A stretch of DNA of 64,000 nucleotides from Gemmatimonadales bacterium (GTDB lineage: Bacteria; Gemmatimonadota; Gemmatimonadetes; Gemmatimonadales; GWC2-71-9), in contig OZ252244.1 of assembly GCA_965249575.1 (NCBI GenBank), forward strand, positions 2,624,001-2,688,000, in the 5' to 3' direction. Shown piece by piece: positions 30,952-42,104 of this stretch. Below the pieces are notes generated by a model. It had not been told where the DNA came from. It made no database searches and saw only the letters and a program-made list of their open reading frames with translations. The translations under genes and the position numbers were made by a program. The first letter of the stretch is position 1; each line of letters starts with the position of its first letter.

Positions 30952-31803
30952 TTAGTGACTCATGCCGTACACGATGAGGTTCAGCCCCATCTGGTAGGCG
31001 AACGTCGAGAACTTCAACGGATAGTATGGGTTCTCAGCCCACTCCCAGGCGTCGCCTAGGTCGGTGTTCCAATTGATGACGACCATCAGGCGACCGTCGT
31101 CGTCGAAGATCCCTCGAACGCTCGGGGTGTAGCCGTCTCGTTCCCACGTTCTTCCCCCTGCGATACCGAGATCCACGTTCGGGACCTGTACGATTTCCGT
31201 GATGTTGTAGAACGCGTTGAACAGGGGATGGTCCAGCGGCAGATCGACGATATCGTACTCCGGCAAGACACGCCGAATCTCAGATTCGAAATTCATCCAC
31301 TGTAGCGTCCCCCAGAAGTCGTCGATCACGAGGAAGCCGCCGGCCAAGAGGTACCGACGAAGTCCCGCGACCTCCGGATCGGTGAGGGCCATGTCTCCGA
31401 CTTCCAAGGCGTACAAGAATGGGTAGCGATACAGCTCGGGGTCATCGAGTTGGATCGGGTGCTCCCCCTCGTACACATCGAGGTTGGCCAATAGCCGGCG
31501 CACACCGAGAAGGAACTGCCGATCGGCCTTGGGAAAATCGATGCTCCAACTGGAGCGGTATCGGTATCCCGAGCCGCTGTATGCGGCGCGCGAGAAGTAG
31601 AACTCGTGGGGGCCTATGGGATGTTTGATCGACGGGCGCCGAATCTCTATGCCGGGCGGCACGGCAAGCGGAGCGCGTCTGGTTGCCTGAGCCGCGAGTG
31701 GTTCCGGACCGGACCAAGCATGTACGGAAACGACGCTAGCCGCGGCGGCCCAGTAGACGGTTTGTAGGTTCGGTCGCCGCATGGCGCTCCTGACGGGATT
31801 CAC
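30952..31803 (-). CDS. Exported DUF4159 protein (copy B)
   Basis: WSIDFPKAD, YLLAGGFLVIDDFWG, GRLMVVINWNTDLGDAWEW. Confidence 0.85.
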   Translation of the reverse strand: MNPVRSAMRRPNLQTVYWAAAASVVSVHAWSGPEPLAAQATRRAPLAVPPGIEIRRPSIKHPIGPHEFYFSRAAYSGSGYRYRSSWSIDFPKADRQFLLGVRRLLANLDVYEGEHPIQLDDPELYRYPFLYALEVGDMALTDPEVAGLRRYLLAGGFLVIDDFWGTLQWMNFESEIRRVLPEYDIVDLPLDHPLFNAFYNITEIVQVPNVDLGIAGGRTWERDGYTPSVRGIFDDDGRLMVVINWNTDLGDAWEWAENPYYPLKFSTFAYQMGLNLIVYGMSH

Positions 31804-32002
31804 ATGCCGTGGCCGGATGGCTCTATCCGTGCCGTCCCCACCAGCTCAGGAGGGCCAGTCGGGCGGAACTACCCGGGCACCTTGACTGGTAGCACCCGAT
31901 ATCACTGTGCCGCAAGAGGTTTGATCCCCTTCATACCATCGGTCCCCACCGAGCGTTCCCCCGCACGTCCTGACGTCCGGTGTGCGACGCGGATCGTGCC
32001 TG

Positions 32003-33052
32003 TCACCGCACAATCACCGACGCCATGCGTTGGGGGTAGGTGCCGACCTGGATCCGCTTCACTTCTACTCTCCGGGCGACATCGATGACGGACAGATCGT
32101 CGGACTTTCGGTTCGACACGTAACAGTACCGTCCATCGGGACTGAATATGACCCAGTTGGGCTCCGTTCCCACTGGAATGGTACCCAGGAGTTCGAGACC
32201 CGGAACGGAATAGACCGCCACAAGGGCGCTGCGCGTCGCGGCGGCAAAAAGGTATCGACCGTTGGGCGAAAGCCCGATCCCGTGGTTCACGGTGTATGGC
32301 CAGCGATCGGGCATCGACACCCGCTCGACATCCGGGAGCTCGACACGCCGTACGATCTTGTCACTTTCCAGGTCGACGACGACGAATCCGTGCATACGTG
32401 AGAGCTGGACGTACATTCTCGACTCATCCCGTGTGATGGCGAAGGGTCTCACACCCTCGCCCATCGGTATCGTCTTCACGACGTCAAAAGTGGTCGCGTC
32501 GAATACGGTGATGTGCTGCTGGTGGATCGTCCCAGCGTAAACGCGTCTCCCATTTGCCGAGATGAACGTTCCGTGCGGCCCGTAACCGACCGGGACCTTG
32601 CGAACCACCGACCGGCGACGCGTGTCCAGTACCTCGAGGTGATTCGAAGAGAAGATCGGCACGTACAACAGATTGCCGTCGTTAGAAATGGCGAGATGGT
32701 GTGGCTCTCCGCCAACCGGGGCCCGCCAGGAGACGGACTGGGTGGCGGGGTTGATCGCGACGATCTCGCCGGGGACCGGCAGCTCCCCGTCCTCGCTCCG
32801 CGCGATCATGCGGCTCAGATACAGGACATCACCACGCTTCGACGCGATGATATCGTCCGGATATCTACCGATTGGGATTCGGCCCGTGACCTCCAACTTC
32901 GCGACGTCGATCACCGTGACGTCACCACTCATGGTGTTTTCGACGAACAAGAGCTCCCTCTCCTGAGCGCGTGCCCCTCCGGGGCCCGCGGTCAGTCCGA
33001 GGGCGAAGGCGGCGGATGTGAGGGATGCTGCGCGATTGACGATTTTACGCAT
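32003..33052 (-). CDS. Exported YVTN/YncE-type beta-propeller protein
   Basis: Repeated IPVGxxPxxI...SxDG units; signal peptide. Confidence 0.85.
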   Translation of the reverse strand: MRKIVNRAASLTSAAFALGLTAGPGGARAQERELLFVENTMSGDVTVIDVAKLEVTGRIPIGRYPDDIIASKRGDVLYLSRMIARSEDGELPVPGEIVAINPATQSVSWRAPVGGEPHHLAISNDGNLLYVPIFSSNHLEVLDTRRRSVVRKVPVGYGPHGTFISANGRRVYAGTIHQQHITVFDATTFDVVKTIPMGEGVRPFAITRDESRMYVQLSRMHGFVVVDLESDKIVRRVELPDVERVSMPDRWPYTVNHGIGLSPNGRYLFAAATRSALVAVYSVPGLELLGTIPVGTEPNWVIFSPDGRYCYVSNRKSDDLSVIDVARRVEVKRIQVGTYPQRMASVIVR

Positions 33053-33118
33053 TGGCGGTATCCAGTTCGGCGAGGGTTAAGGACACGTCGATTCTGCCCC
33101 AGGCTTCCGCGCCGCCGC

Positions 33119-33956
33119 CTAGGCGTTTCGCGAAAGCTGGCGGTATTTGCTCAGGTAGCGGAGGGCTGCCGCCCGTTTGCCTGCGCGCTCGTACAAGCGG
33201 GCCAGGTTGAAGTATGCGTCCGCGAAGTTCGGGTCTGCGGCAATGGCCTGTTCATAGGCGTCGGCGGCTTCGGCTGGGCGGGCTAGATCCTCCAATGCGA
33301 TTCCCAGGTTGAACGCCGCGGTGCCGTGGGTGGGGTTTGCCCCGAGCGCGAACAGATAGTGGGTCTCCGCGTCTCGCACCCGACCGTCGTCGTGCAGAAG
33401 TCGCCCCAGATTCACGTGCGCATCAGTGTAGCACCGGGTTCAGCTCCAGTGCCCGGCGGTAGGCGTCGCTCGCCTCTGCGGGTGCGGACCCCTCCAGCTC
33501 GAATCCCAGTTCGTACCAGTCCTCAGCAGTCAACTCGCCATCGGCACCGCGGGCCGCCGCGGCGCCCCGCCGGGCTCGGGGGGCGACCCTCGGCATCGGG
33601 TTCAACGCGGTGAAATCGAGCTGGAATTGCCCGGACTCGGGATCCCACGTGCGGCCGGCGTCCCGGACCACGATTGCGCTACCAGCTGCCTCGATCTGGA
33701 CCTCGCTCAGTGGGCGGCCGGCCGCTACCTGTCGACGCAGCCTGCTGAGGGCGCGCAGGACGCGGCGGTGCGATAGGTTGGCTCCGGTGAGGTTCTTGGC
33801 GGTTCGGAGGAGCACGAGATCCTGAAAGGAGAAGCGATACCCCCGCCGCCCGCCCCGGTGCGGCGCTAGGCACCCGCTCCGGGCGTACGCTCGAACCTGG
33901 TTCTGTGAGAGTCCGAGCAAATCAGCGACGTGCTGCGTGCTGTACCCCTTCTTCAT
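33119..33956 (-). CDS. MerR-like HTH + TPR protein, +1 frameshift near 33431-33436
   Basis: YSTQHVADLLGLS...YRFSFQDLVLLR HTH; SGQFQLDF; TPRs resume as YTDAHVNLGRLLH after removing one base. Confidence 0.8.
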
Positions 33957-34047
33957 CCCCCGGTGTCTCGAGCGAGGACGCTTGGAAACTCAAATACATA
34001 TAGAAAGGGATCGTTGAGCTGGTCTGGCCACCGGACGCCGTGGATGG

Positions 34048-34911
34048 TTACGCGCTCCCGGCCTTGCGCTTGGCGCCGCGGGCTTTGGCGGGGCGGTCGG
34101 CCCGTTTTGCAGGTTTCCGCTCGTCCCCGCTATCGGTTGCATCCTTCGCGAGACTGGCCTTGAGCGCCTCCATCAGGTCTATGGTCTGAGTCTTTGGCGC
34201 TTCGGCGGGTTCTTCGGTGATCTCGTGACCCTCGACCTTTCGCTGGATGGTTTCGAGAATCCGCTGGCGCACGTGGTCTTCATAGGCTTCGGGCCGGAAC
34301 GCCTCCGACGACGCCTGCTCGATGAGCTGGACAGCAAGTTTCAACTCGGCGTCCTTGATCTCGGTGTCCCCGATGGGGACCTCAGCAGCCGGCCGGATCT
34401 CGTCTGCGTAGTGCAGCTGCTCCATGACCAGCCGCCCATCCATCGGGCGTACCAAGACGAGGTACTGCTTGCCTCGGGCCGCATACTGACCGAGCGCCGA
34501 GCGCCCGGTCTGATTCATCGCCTCCGCGAGTAGGCTATACGCGCGCTCGCCGCCCTTGTCGGGCCCAAGGTAATAAGCCCGGTCGAAATAGAGCCGTTCG
34601 ATCTGCTCCGCTGGCACGAACTCATTGATATCGATCGACCCGCTGGCCTTCTCCTCCAACGCTTTGAGCTCCTCGGGCGAGAACGTGACGTACTGGCCCT
34701 TGGTGAATTCGTACCCCTTGACCATCTCGTCCCGCTCGACCTTCCGTCCATCCTGTGCACTGACATACTGCTGCTTGAGCCGAGAGCCCGTTTTCTTGTC
34801 CAACTAATTGAAGGAGATGCCGGCCGCGGACTCGCTGGCCGAATAGAGCTTGATTGGGACCGAGACCAGCCCAAAGGAGATCGTTGCGGAGGCGATGGGT
34901 CGAGCAGCCAT
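34048..34911 (-). CDS. ku: Ku NHEJ DNA-end-binding protein with in-frame TAG at codon 36 (34804-34806)
   Basis: MAARPIASATISFGLVSVPIKLYSA...ISFN*LDKK; VKGYE, YFDRAYYLGP, DLMEALKASL, basic tail. Confidence 0.9.
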
Positions 34912-34920
34912 GGGGGCGCA

Positions 34921-34949
34921 ATCATAGGCCGTTCGGGCGGTGTTCGCAA
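34921..34949 (-). promoter_or_regulatory. Sigma70-like promoter of ku (near-leaderless)
   Basis: TTGCGA-N17-TATGAT, 9 nt before ATG 34911, no SD. Confidence 0.6.
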
Positions 34950-35116
34950 GCGCCCCGCGTGGGAACTACGCGGTAAGTGTTTGTGAATGAATAACTTGCG
35001 ACTCAACTCGTTGACCGGTGCCAGACTGCCCCGTGAGACATGGTGGAGTATCGTTTGGGCTGAGCCGTGCTGACAATTGTGCTGCGGGGTCGGTTGTCCA
35101 GGCACCCGTGCGCGCC

Positions 35117-35144
35117 TTGCGAGCCGGATAGCGTGCGCTATCAT
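35117..35144 (+). promoter_or_regulatory. Sigma70-like promoter of ligD with overlapping dyad
   Basis: TTGCGA-N16-TATCAT, 10 nt before ATG 35155; GATAGCG-tg-CGCTATC at 35127-35142. Confidence 0.55.
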
Positions 35145-35154
35145 GTCGTAACCT

Positions 35155-37694
35155 ATGCCACGTGGTCGTAAACCAGCGCCTGACCCTCTAAGCGACTATC
35201 ACGCAAAGCGTTCGCTCGAGGTCACTCCCGAGCCCGCCGGCGTCGTCTCGGCGGCGCCCGGACACCTGTTCATCGTGCACAAGCATGCCGCCCGGCGCCT
35301 CCACTGGGATCTCCGGCTGGAGCTGGACGGCGTGCTCATGTCGTGGGCGGTGCCGAAGGGCCCGTCGCGAGATCCCCAGGACAAACGATTGGCGGTGAAG
35401 GTCGAGGACCATCCGCTCGAGTACGGGGACTTCGAGGGCTTGATCCCCGAGGGGAATTATGGGGCGGGGGCCGTGATCGTGTGGGACCGCGGGACGTGGG
35501 TTCCGGTGGAGGATCCGGTCGAAGGGCTCCAGAAAGGCAAGCTCCTGTTCGAGCTGAATGGGTACAAGCTGCGCGGGAAGTGGACCCTGGTGAAGATCAA
35601 GCGGGTGAAAAGGAGTGGCTCCTCATCAAGGAGCGCGACGAGGCGGTCTCCACCAACGGCGGGACCTTTCCTGAGGGCTCGGTCCTCTCCGGTCTCACGG
35701 TGGAGGATCTCAAGGAAAAGAGGGATCTGGCCGGGCCGCTCAGGGACGAGCTCGAGTCCCTTGGTGCACCGGAGCGCTCGGTGCCGGTCGGAGGAATTGG
35801 CCTCATGCTGGCGGAAACGCGCGAACGGCCCTTCTCAGACCCGAAGTGGGTCTTCGAGCTCAAACTCGACGGCTACCGGCTCCTTGCTGCCCGGGAGGGT
35901 GGGAACGCGCGGCTCGTCAGTCGGAATGGCAATGACTTCACTCCGGTCTTCCCCGAGATTGCGCGTGCCGTGGCCGCATTGCCGTTCGACGGTCTCATTG
36001 TTGACGGGGAGGTTGTCGTCCTGGACGAGGATGGCCGCCCGAGTTTTCAACGGCTCCAGCAGCGTGGGCGCCTGAGCCGGCCCGCGGAAATCAAGCGCGC
36101 GGCCGTCGAACACCAGGCTACGCTCTATCTCTTCGACCTTCTGGCGCTCGAGGGCTACGATCTGCGCGCTCTGCCGCTCGTCAAACGCAAGGCGGTGCTT
36201 GAGCGGATCCTACCGGCCACCGGGCCGCTGCGATATTCGGAACACTTCGAGGAAAGGGGAGAGGACCTGTTCGACCACGTCGAGCGTATGCAGCTCGAGG
36301 GAATCGTCGCCAAGAAGGCCGACTCGAAGTACCGGGCGGGGCGGTCGCCATCGTGGCTCAAAATCCGCTCGGACCGCACCGACGATTTCGTAGTCGTTGG
36401 GTTCACGCGCCCCAGAGAGTCACGCACCGGGTTCGGCGCTCTCCATCTCGCCACGCACATCAGCGGGGAGCTCCGGTACGCCGGCCGGGCCGGGAGCGGC
36501 TTTGACACGCGGCAGCTCTCGGACATTGCGGAGGTGCTCGAAAGCGAGCGGCGTCCCGACCCTCCCTGCACCGGCGCCGTTCCGAAGGGGTCAAGTCACG
36601 TCTGGGTAGAGCCACGACTGGTCTGTGAGGTGAGATATAAGGAATGGACCAGCGATCATTTCCTGCGGCATCCCGTGTTCATCCGGTTTCGGGACGACAA
36701 GGCGCCGGAAGAATGCATCGCACACTCCGAGGCAAGCGCGGAGCCGGCGGCCAGACCGGGAGGCGAAGGCCCGCAGCCGGTGGTGGCTCCGCCTGCTGCC
36801 GTCCAATCCCGAGAAGTTCGGTTTACCAATCAGGACAAGGTTTTTTGGCCAAAGGAGGGGTACACGAAGGGTGATCTCATCGCGTATTACCGGGCGGTAG
36901 GTCCCTGGTTGCTCGAGTACCTACGGGAGCGGCCACTCGTGCTGACGAGGTTTCCCGACGGAATCGATGGAAAGTCGTCCTTTCAAAAGGATGCGCCGGG
37001 CTTTGCGCCGGAGTGGGTCAGGACGGAGCGAATGTGGAGCGCGCAGTCGCAGCGGGAGCTCGATTATTTCGTCTGTGACAATCTGGAATCGCTACTCTAT
37101 ATCATCAATCTCGGCTCGATCCCGCTTCACATCTGGGCCAGCCGCATCGCAACCCTCGAGTATCCGGACTGGTCGATTCTGGATTTGGATCCGAAGGGGG
37201 CGCCCTTTACCGACGTCGTGACGGTGGCACGGGCGATCCACGCGCTCTGTCGAGAGATCGAGCTCCCCTGTCACGTCAAGACCAGCGGATCGTCGGGGCT
37301 CCACGTGATGATTCCCCTCGGCCGCCAGTGCACCTACGACCAATCCCGAACGCTCGCGGGGCTGCTCGGCAGGGTGGTAGCGGCTGAGCTCCCGGAGATC
37401 GCCACGATGACCCGGGCGGTTTCCAGGCGAGACGGGCGGGTCTACATCGACCATATCCAAAATGGGCATGGCCGTCTCCTGGTTGCGCCCTTCAGCGCGA
37501 GGCCGGTCCCCGGGGCGTCGGTCTCCACGCCGCTCCACTGGCGCGAGGTCACCCCCAAGCTGGACATCCACCGCTACACCATCCGCAACGTTCCCACGCG
37601 AATGCGAAGAATGAAAGACGATCCGCTGCTGCCGGTGATGGACCTCCGCCCGGACCTGGCGGGCGCGCTGGAGCGTCTCCACGACCGGCTTTGA
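35155..37694 (+). CDS. ligD: DNA ligase D (phosphoesterase-ligase-polymerase), -1 frameshift near 35603-35605
   Basis: PE: HAARRLHWDLRLE, SWAVPKGPS, EDHPLEY; LIG: ELKLDGYR, DGE, EGIVAK; POL: DLDP, KTSGSSGLH, APFSARP. Joins as KIKRGEKEWLL if one G is added. Confidence 0.92.
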
Positions 37695-37726
37695 TGGGAG
37701 CGCGGCCGGCTCGCGGAACGCCGCCG

Positions 37727-38230
37727 TCAAGTCGGCTCGCTTCGCTCGCGCACCTGTTCGGACGTCAGCCCGTACAGCGGAGGGGTGGCAACCTCGAGCA
37801 TTCCCAGCATGAGATAGATCTGCCCTCGATGGTGGATCTCGTGCTCGACCATGGCGCGGAGCCATTTCCAAACGGGTAGCGTCGCCCCACCCGGCGTCAC
37901 GCAGCGGCGCCGCAGGTCGTCGTCGCTCAACTCCCCGAAGATCTCCACCGATTCGCCGTGCAGGCGGGCGAAGTACCCCCGGACTGCGTCGTAGCCGTCG
38001 GCCAACTCGCGGCCGTGTCCCGGATACCGGCTCGGCCCTCCCGAGACGTTTTCCGCGAACATGTAGCGCTCGGTGGCCGCCAGATGCCGGATGAGGTCCG
38101 CGAATGTGAATTTCCCCGCCCGATGCGTCCAGTCGATTCGCGCCGGTGGGATCGCGTCGACCACGAGCTGTGTTCGGTGTCGAATCCGTTCGAGGTACGA
38201 CAGGAACGCTTGAATTGTTGTAATTTCCAC
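37727..38230 (-). CDS. DinB family protein
   Basis: LIRHLAATER, EHEIHHRGQ; GTG start after GGAG. Confidence 0.88.
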   Translation of the reverse strand: MEITTIQAFLSYLERIRHRTQLVVDAIPPARIDWTHRAGKFTFADLIRHLAATERYMFAENVSGGPSRYPGHGRELADGYDAVRGYFARLHGESVEIFGELSDDDLRRRCVTPGGATLPVWKWLRAMVEHEIHHRGQIYLMLGMLEVATPPLYGLTSEQVRERSEPT

Positions 38231-38292
38231 GCCGATTCTCCGTTTCACGGGAGGCGCGTGGCGACTCCTGGCCGCGACGCTCAGCTTAATCT

Positions 38293-38988
38293 ATGGCTCC
38301 TCGACGTAGTACAAGAAACCTCACCTTCGAGGTGGCGGAGGGAACGCTCCGATGGGGGCAGGTGTCGGCCACGCTGGTCCGGCCGCCGAAGGCCTCAGTC
38401 GCGTATGTCTTGGGACACGGCGCGGGCGCGGGCATGCGGCACCGATTCATGGAATCGATTGCCGATGCCCTGGCGGCAGAAGGAGTCGCCACCTTCCGAT
38501 ATCAGTTCCCCTACGTGGAAGCGGGGCGCCGGAGTCCCGATCGCCCTGCCGTGCTCCAAGCCACGGTGCGGACCGCCGTCGACGTGGCTCGAGATGCCGT
38601 GCCGGACCTTCCGCTCGTGGCGGGCGGGAAGTCCCTCGGCGGGCGCATGACCTCCAGCGCGGCCGCCAAGAGTACGGGTTTGCCCGTTGAAGGGCCCGTT
38701 TTTCTCGGCTTTCCCCTCCACGCACCCAACAAGCCGGGAGATCAGCGGGCCGAGCACCTCGGCGACGTTCGGGTGCCGATGTTGTTTCTACAGGGAACGC
38801 GCGACGCACTGGCGGATCTCGGGCTCATGAAGAACGTTTGCCGCCGTCTGGGTGAGCGGGCCACTCTGGTTGTGGTGGAAGACGCTGGCCACTCATTCAA
38901 CGTGCCGAAGCGCTCCGGCCGATCCCACGACGAGATCATGGGAGATCTGGCGCAATCGGTCGCCGAGTGGGCGACGAGGGTCACCTGA
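38293..38988 (+). CDS. Small alpha/beta hydrolase (KANL3/Tex30-like)
   Basis: HGAGAG, GGKSLGGR, QGTRD, AGHSF. Confidence 0.88.
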   Translation: MAPRRSTRNLTFEVAEGTLRWGQVSATLVRPPKASVAYVLGHGAGAGMRHRFMESIADALAAEGVATFRYQFPYVEAGRRSPDRPAVLQATVRTAVDVARDAVPDLPLVAGGKSLGGRMTSSAAAKSTGLPVEGPVFLGFPLHAPNKPGDQRAEHLGDVRVPMLFLQGTRDALADLGLMKNVCRRLGERATLVVVEDAGHSFNVPKRSGRSHDEIMGDLAQSVAEWATRVT

Positions 38989-39074
38989 TACCGACGCCGC
39001 ATTGGCGGGGAGCGCTTCGATTCTCCAATGCGCTCCGCGTCTCCGATCACCGACTTCGAGGTCTGTAAACGCGA

Positions 39075-40910
39075 ATGGCATACCAACCGATCGAGAACTA
39101 CGGAATCGTCGGGAACATGCATACGGTCGCTTTGATCGGCATGGACGGGTCGGTCGACTGGATGTGTTGGCCGCACTTCGATTCCCCCGCGATCTTCGCG
39201 GCAATCCTGGATGACAAGAAGGGTGGGCGTTTTCAGGTAGCTCCCGTTCACGACGGTGTGAAGCTCAAGCAGTTCTACTGGCCTGACACCAACGTCCTCG
39301 TGACGAGGTTTCTGTCCCACGACGGCGTCGGGCAGGTCATCGATTACATGCCGGTCGGCCTTGCCACGGAGGAACGTGGACATAACTGGCTGATCCGCCG
39401 CGTGCAGGTAGTCCGCGGGACCATGGCGTTTCGCGTCGTATGCCAGCCTGCGTTCAACTTCGCTCGAGACTCGCATGAAGTCGCCCGCCTCGCCCACGGA
39501 GTGCGCTTCGATTCCGAGAAAATGTCGCTTGCTCTGCTCACCGGTCTCCAGATGGATCTGCGGCACGGCGGAGTAGCAGCCGAGTTCACGCTGCAGCAAG
39601 GGGAAGAGATCGAGTTCGCGATTCGGGAAGTCTCCCCCGGAGCCGAATGCGACGAGCCGCTCTCGCCCGAAGAGGGGTTCGCACTATTCCGGCGCACAGT
39701 CGAGTACTGGCGGGGGTGGTTGTCGAAGGGCACGTACACGGGACGGTGGCGAGAGACGGTGTATCGATCCGCCCTCGCGCTCAAACTCCTCACGTACCGG
39801 CCTACAGGGGCGATCGTCGCGGCTCCGACCTGCAGTCTCCCCGAGGGTATCGGAGGAGAACGAAACTGGGACTATCGCTATACGTGGATCCGGGACGCCG
39901 CCTTCACGCTGTACGGGCTCCTCAGAATCGGATTCACCGACGAGGCCGCGGCGTTCATGGGATGGCTCGAGGCCCGCGGACAAGAGCTCAATCCGGACGG
40001 CTCGCTCCAGATCATGTACGGAATCGATGGGCGGCACGAGTTGACGGAGGAAACACTCGACCACCTGGACGGCTACATGGGCTCGCGTCCGGTGCGGGTG
40101 GGTAACGGCGCCTACGGCCAGTTGCAGCTGGACATTTACGGCGAATTGTTGGACGCGGTGTATCTGTACAACAAATACGGCAGCCCGATCTCGTACGACC
40201 TCTGGCGGAGTCTCAGGCGTATGATCGATTGGGTGTGCGACAACTGGCAGCGGAAGGACGAGGGCGTTTGGGAGGTGCGTGGTGGGCGGCAGCATTTTGT
40301 TTATTCCAAGCTCATGTGTTGGGTTGCGGTGGATCGTGGCATCAGGCTGGCGGACAAACGCTCGTTCCCAGCCGATCGGAACCGTTGGCTAAAGGTCCGG
40401 GACGCCATTCTTGAGGAAATCATGACCAAGGGATGGAACACGAAGCGGCACGCCTTTGTGCAGTCCTTCGGCAGCGATGCGCTCGATGCGGCAAATCTCA
40501 TGATGCCGCTCGTTTTCTTCCTGTCTCCAAGCGACCCCAGGATGCTCAAAACGCTGGACGCCATTTGCGAGCCGCCCGAGCGGGGGGGCTTACTCTCGAA
40601 CAGTCTGGTATACCGCTACAACGTCGATCACACGGCGGACGGTCTCACTGGCGACGAAGGGACGTTCAACATTTGTACGTTCTGGCTTGTTGAAGCGCTG
40701 ACCCGCGCCGGTCGCGTCGACCGGCAGCGGCTCAACCAGGCCCGACTCATGTTCGAGGAGATGCTCGGACACGCCAACCACCTCCGCCTCTATGCCGAAG
40801 AGACGGGCACCAGTGGAGAGGCGCTCGGGAACTTTCCGCAGGCGTTTACTCACCTCGCCCTGATCAGTGCTGCCTACAACCTCGACAGGGCGTTGGGAGG
40901 ACGACCTTGA
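39075..40910 (+). CDS. GH15 glycoside hydrolase (trehalase/glucoamylase-like)
   Basis: [47 protein letters not shown]. Confidence 0.94.
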   Translation: MAYQPIENYGIVGNMHTVALIGMDGSVDWMCWPHFDSPAIFAAILDDKKGGRFQVAPVHDGVKLKQFYWPDTNVLVTRFLSHDGVGQVIDYMPVGLATEERGHNWLIRRVQVVRGTMAFRVVCQPAFNFARDSHEVARLAHGVRFDSEKMSLALLTGLQMDLRHGGVAAEFTLQQGEEIEFAIREVSPGAECDEPLSPEEGFALFRRTVEYWRGWLSKGTYTGRWRETVYRSALALKLLTYRPTGAIVAAPTCSLPEGIGGERNWDYRYTWIRDAAFTLYGLLRIGFTDEAAAFMGWLEARGQELNPDGSLQIMYGIDGRHELTEETLDHLDGYMGSRPVRVGNGAYGQLQLDIYGELLDAVYLYNKYGSPISYDLWRSLRRMIDWVCDNWQRKDEGVWEVRGGRQHFVYSKLMCWVAVDRGIRLADKRSFPADRNRWLKVRDAILEEIMTKGWNTKRHAFVQSFGSDALDAANLMMPLVFFLSPSDPRMLKTLDAICEPPERGGLLSNSLVYRYNVDHTADGLTGDEGTFNICTFWLVEALTRAGRVDRQRLNQARLMFEEMLGHANHLRLYAEETGTSGEALGNFPQAFTHLALISAAYNLDRALGGRP

Positions 40911-42034
40911 CCGCGGCGTCTGAGGCCGTTCGCACGGAGATCGATGAAAAGTTAGCCCGCCTCGCGGAGTTTCTGGACAAGCACGGTCTCGATGGTGTGC
41001 TACTACAGGAACGGCAGAACTTCGCTTGGGCCACCGCGGGTGGTGACAATCACATTCCGAACAACACGCCTCTCGGCGTCGCGAGCATCCTGGCGACGCG
41101 AGACGGTCTGATGTGCTTCGCCAACGAGATCGAGGCTCCACGAATGGCCTCGGAAGAGGCGGGGCCCCGCGACATCGGGGTTGTGAGCTTCCCGTGGTGG
41201 GATGCCGACGCCGCTCGGCGAGCGCAGGGTGAGGTCATCGCGGGACGTACCGTCGCGGCGGACACCGACGGCTACGGACTGGGGCTGCCACCGCTGCCGG
41301 GCGATTTCGCGGAGCTCAGGTGGTCCCTCACTCCGGGTGAGCTCGCCCGGTATCGGGACGGTGGAGCGCGCATGTCGCGAGCCGTGGAGGAGGCATGCCG
41401 CGACATCAAGCCAGGAATGTCCGAGCACGAAGTGGCCGGCTTGCTGGATGGGCACGTCCATCGGGCCGGATGCAACCCGGTGGTGACCCTAGTCGCGGCT
41501 GACGAGCGGGCGCACAGGTATCGACACCCGATCCCGACCGGGCGGCCAGTCGAGGAATATGTCATGCTCGTCACCTGCGGTGAGTTCAAGGGGCTGATTT
41601 CGTGTCTGACCCGGTTTGTCAGTTTCGAGCCGCTGTCTGAAGACCTTCGAGCGCGGCACCAGGCAGTGTGCAATGTCGAAACTGCGGCCTTGTTCGCTAC
41701 CCGACCTGGGCGCACGCTCGGCCACGTGTTCGGCCAGTTGCAGGAGGCCTACGCGGCGAGCGGCCACGACGGAGAGTGGCGGCTTCATCACCAGGGTGGG
41801 TCAACCGGATATCTCGGACGTGAGGTGATCGCGAAGCCCGACAGCAGCGCGGTCGTCCGCGAGAACCAAGCGTTTGCCTGGAATCCGTCCATTACGGGCG
41901 TGAAGAGTGAGGATACCGTGGTGTGTAACGCCGCGGGCATCGAGGTCATCACGGCTGCGTCGGGTTCCTGGCCGAGCGTCGAGGGACACTATGCTGGCGA
42001 GGCCATCGAGCGGCCGGGGATTCTGGTCAGGTGA
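40907..42034 (+). CDS. M24 (pita-bread fold) peptidase/creatinase-like protein
   Basis: [27 protein letters not shown]; overlaps the GH15 stop. Confidence 0.8.
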   Translation: MTAASEAVRTEIDEKLARLAEFLDKHGLDGVLLQERQNFAWATAGGDNHIPNNTPLGVASILATRDGLMCFANEIEAPRMASEEAGPRDIGVVSFPWWDADAARRAQGEVIAGRTVAADTDGYGLGLPPLPGDFAELRWSLTPGELARYRDGGARMSRAVEEACRDIKPGMSEHEVAGLLDGHVHRAGCNPVVTLVAADERAHRYRHPIPTGRPVEEYVMLVTCGEFKGLISCLTRFVSFEPLSEDLRARHQAVCNVETAALFATRPGRTLGHVFGQLQEAYAASGHDGEWRLHHQGGSTGYLGREVIAKPDSSAVVRENQAFAWNPSITGVKSEDTVVCNAAGIEVITAASGSWPSVEGHYAGEAIERPGILVR

Positions 42035-42104
42035 GGCTGGTCGCGTGCCGTCGGCCGAGCGCTCGCACGCAGGCGTGCAGTGCGAGACACGTGGGAGAAC
42101 AGTA

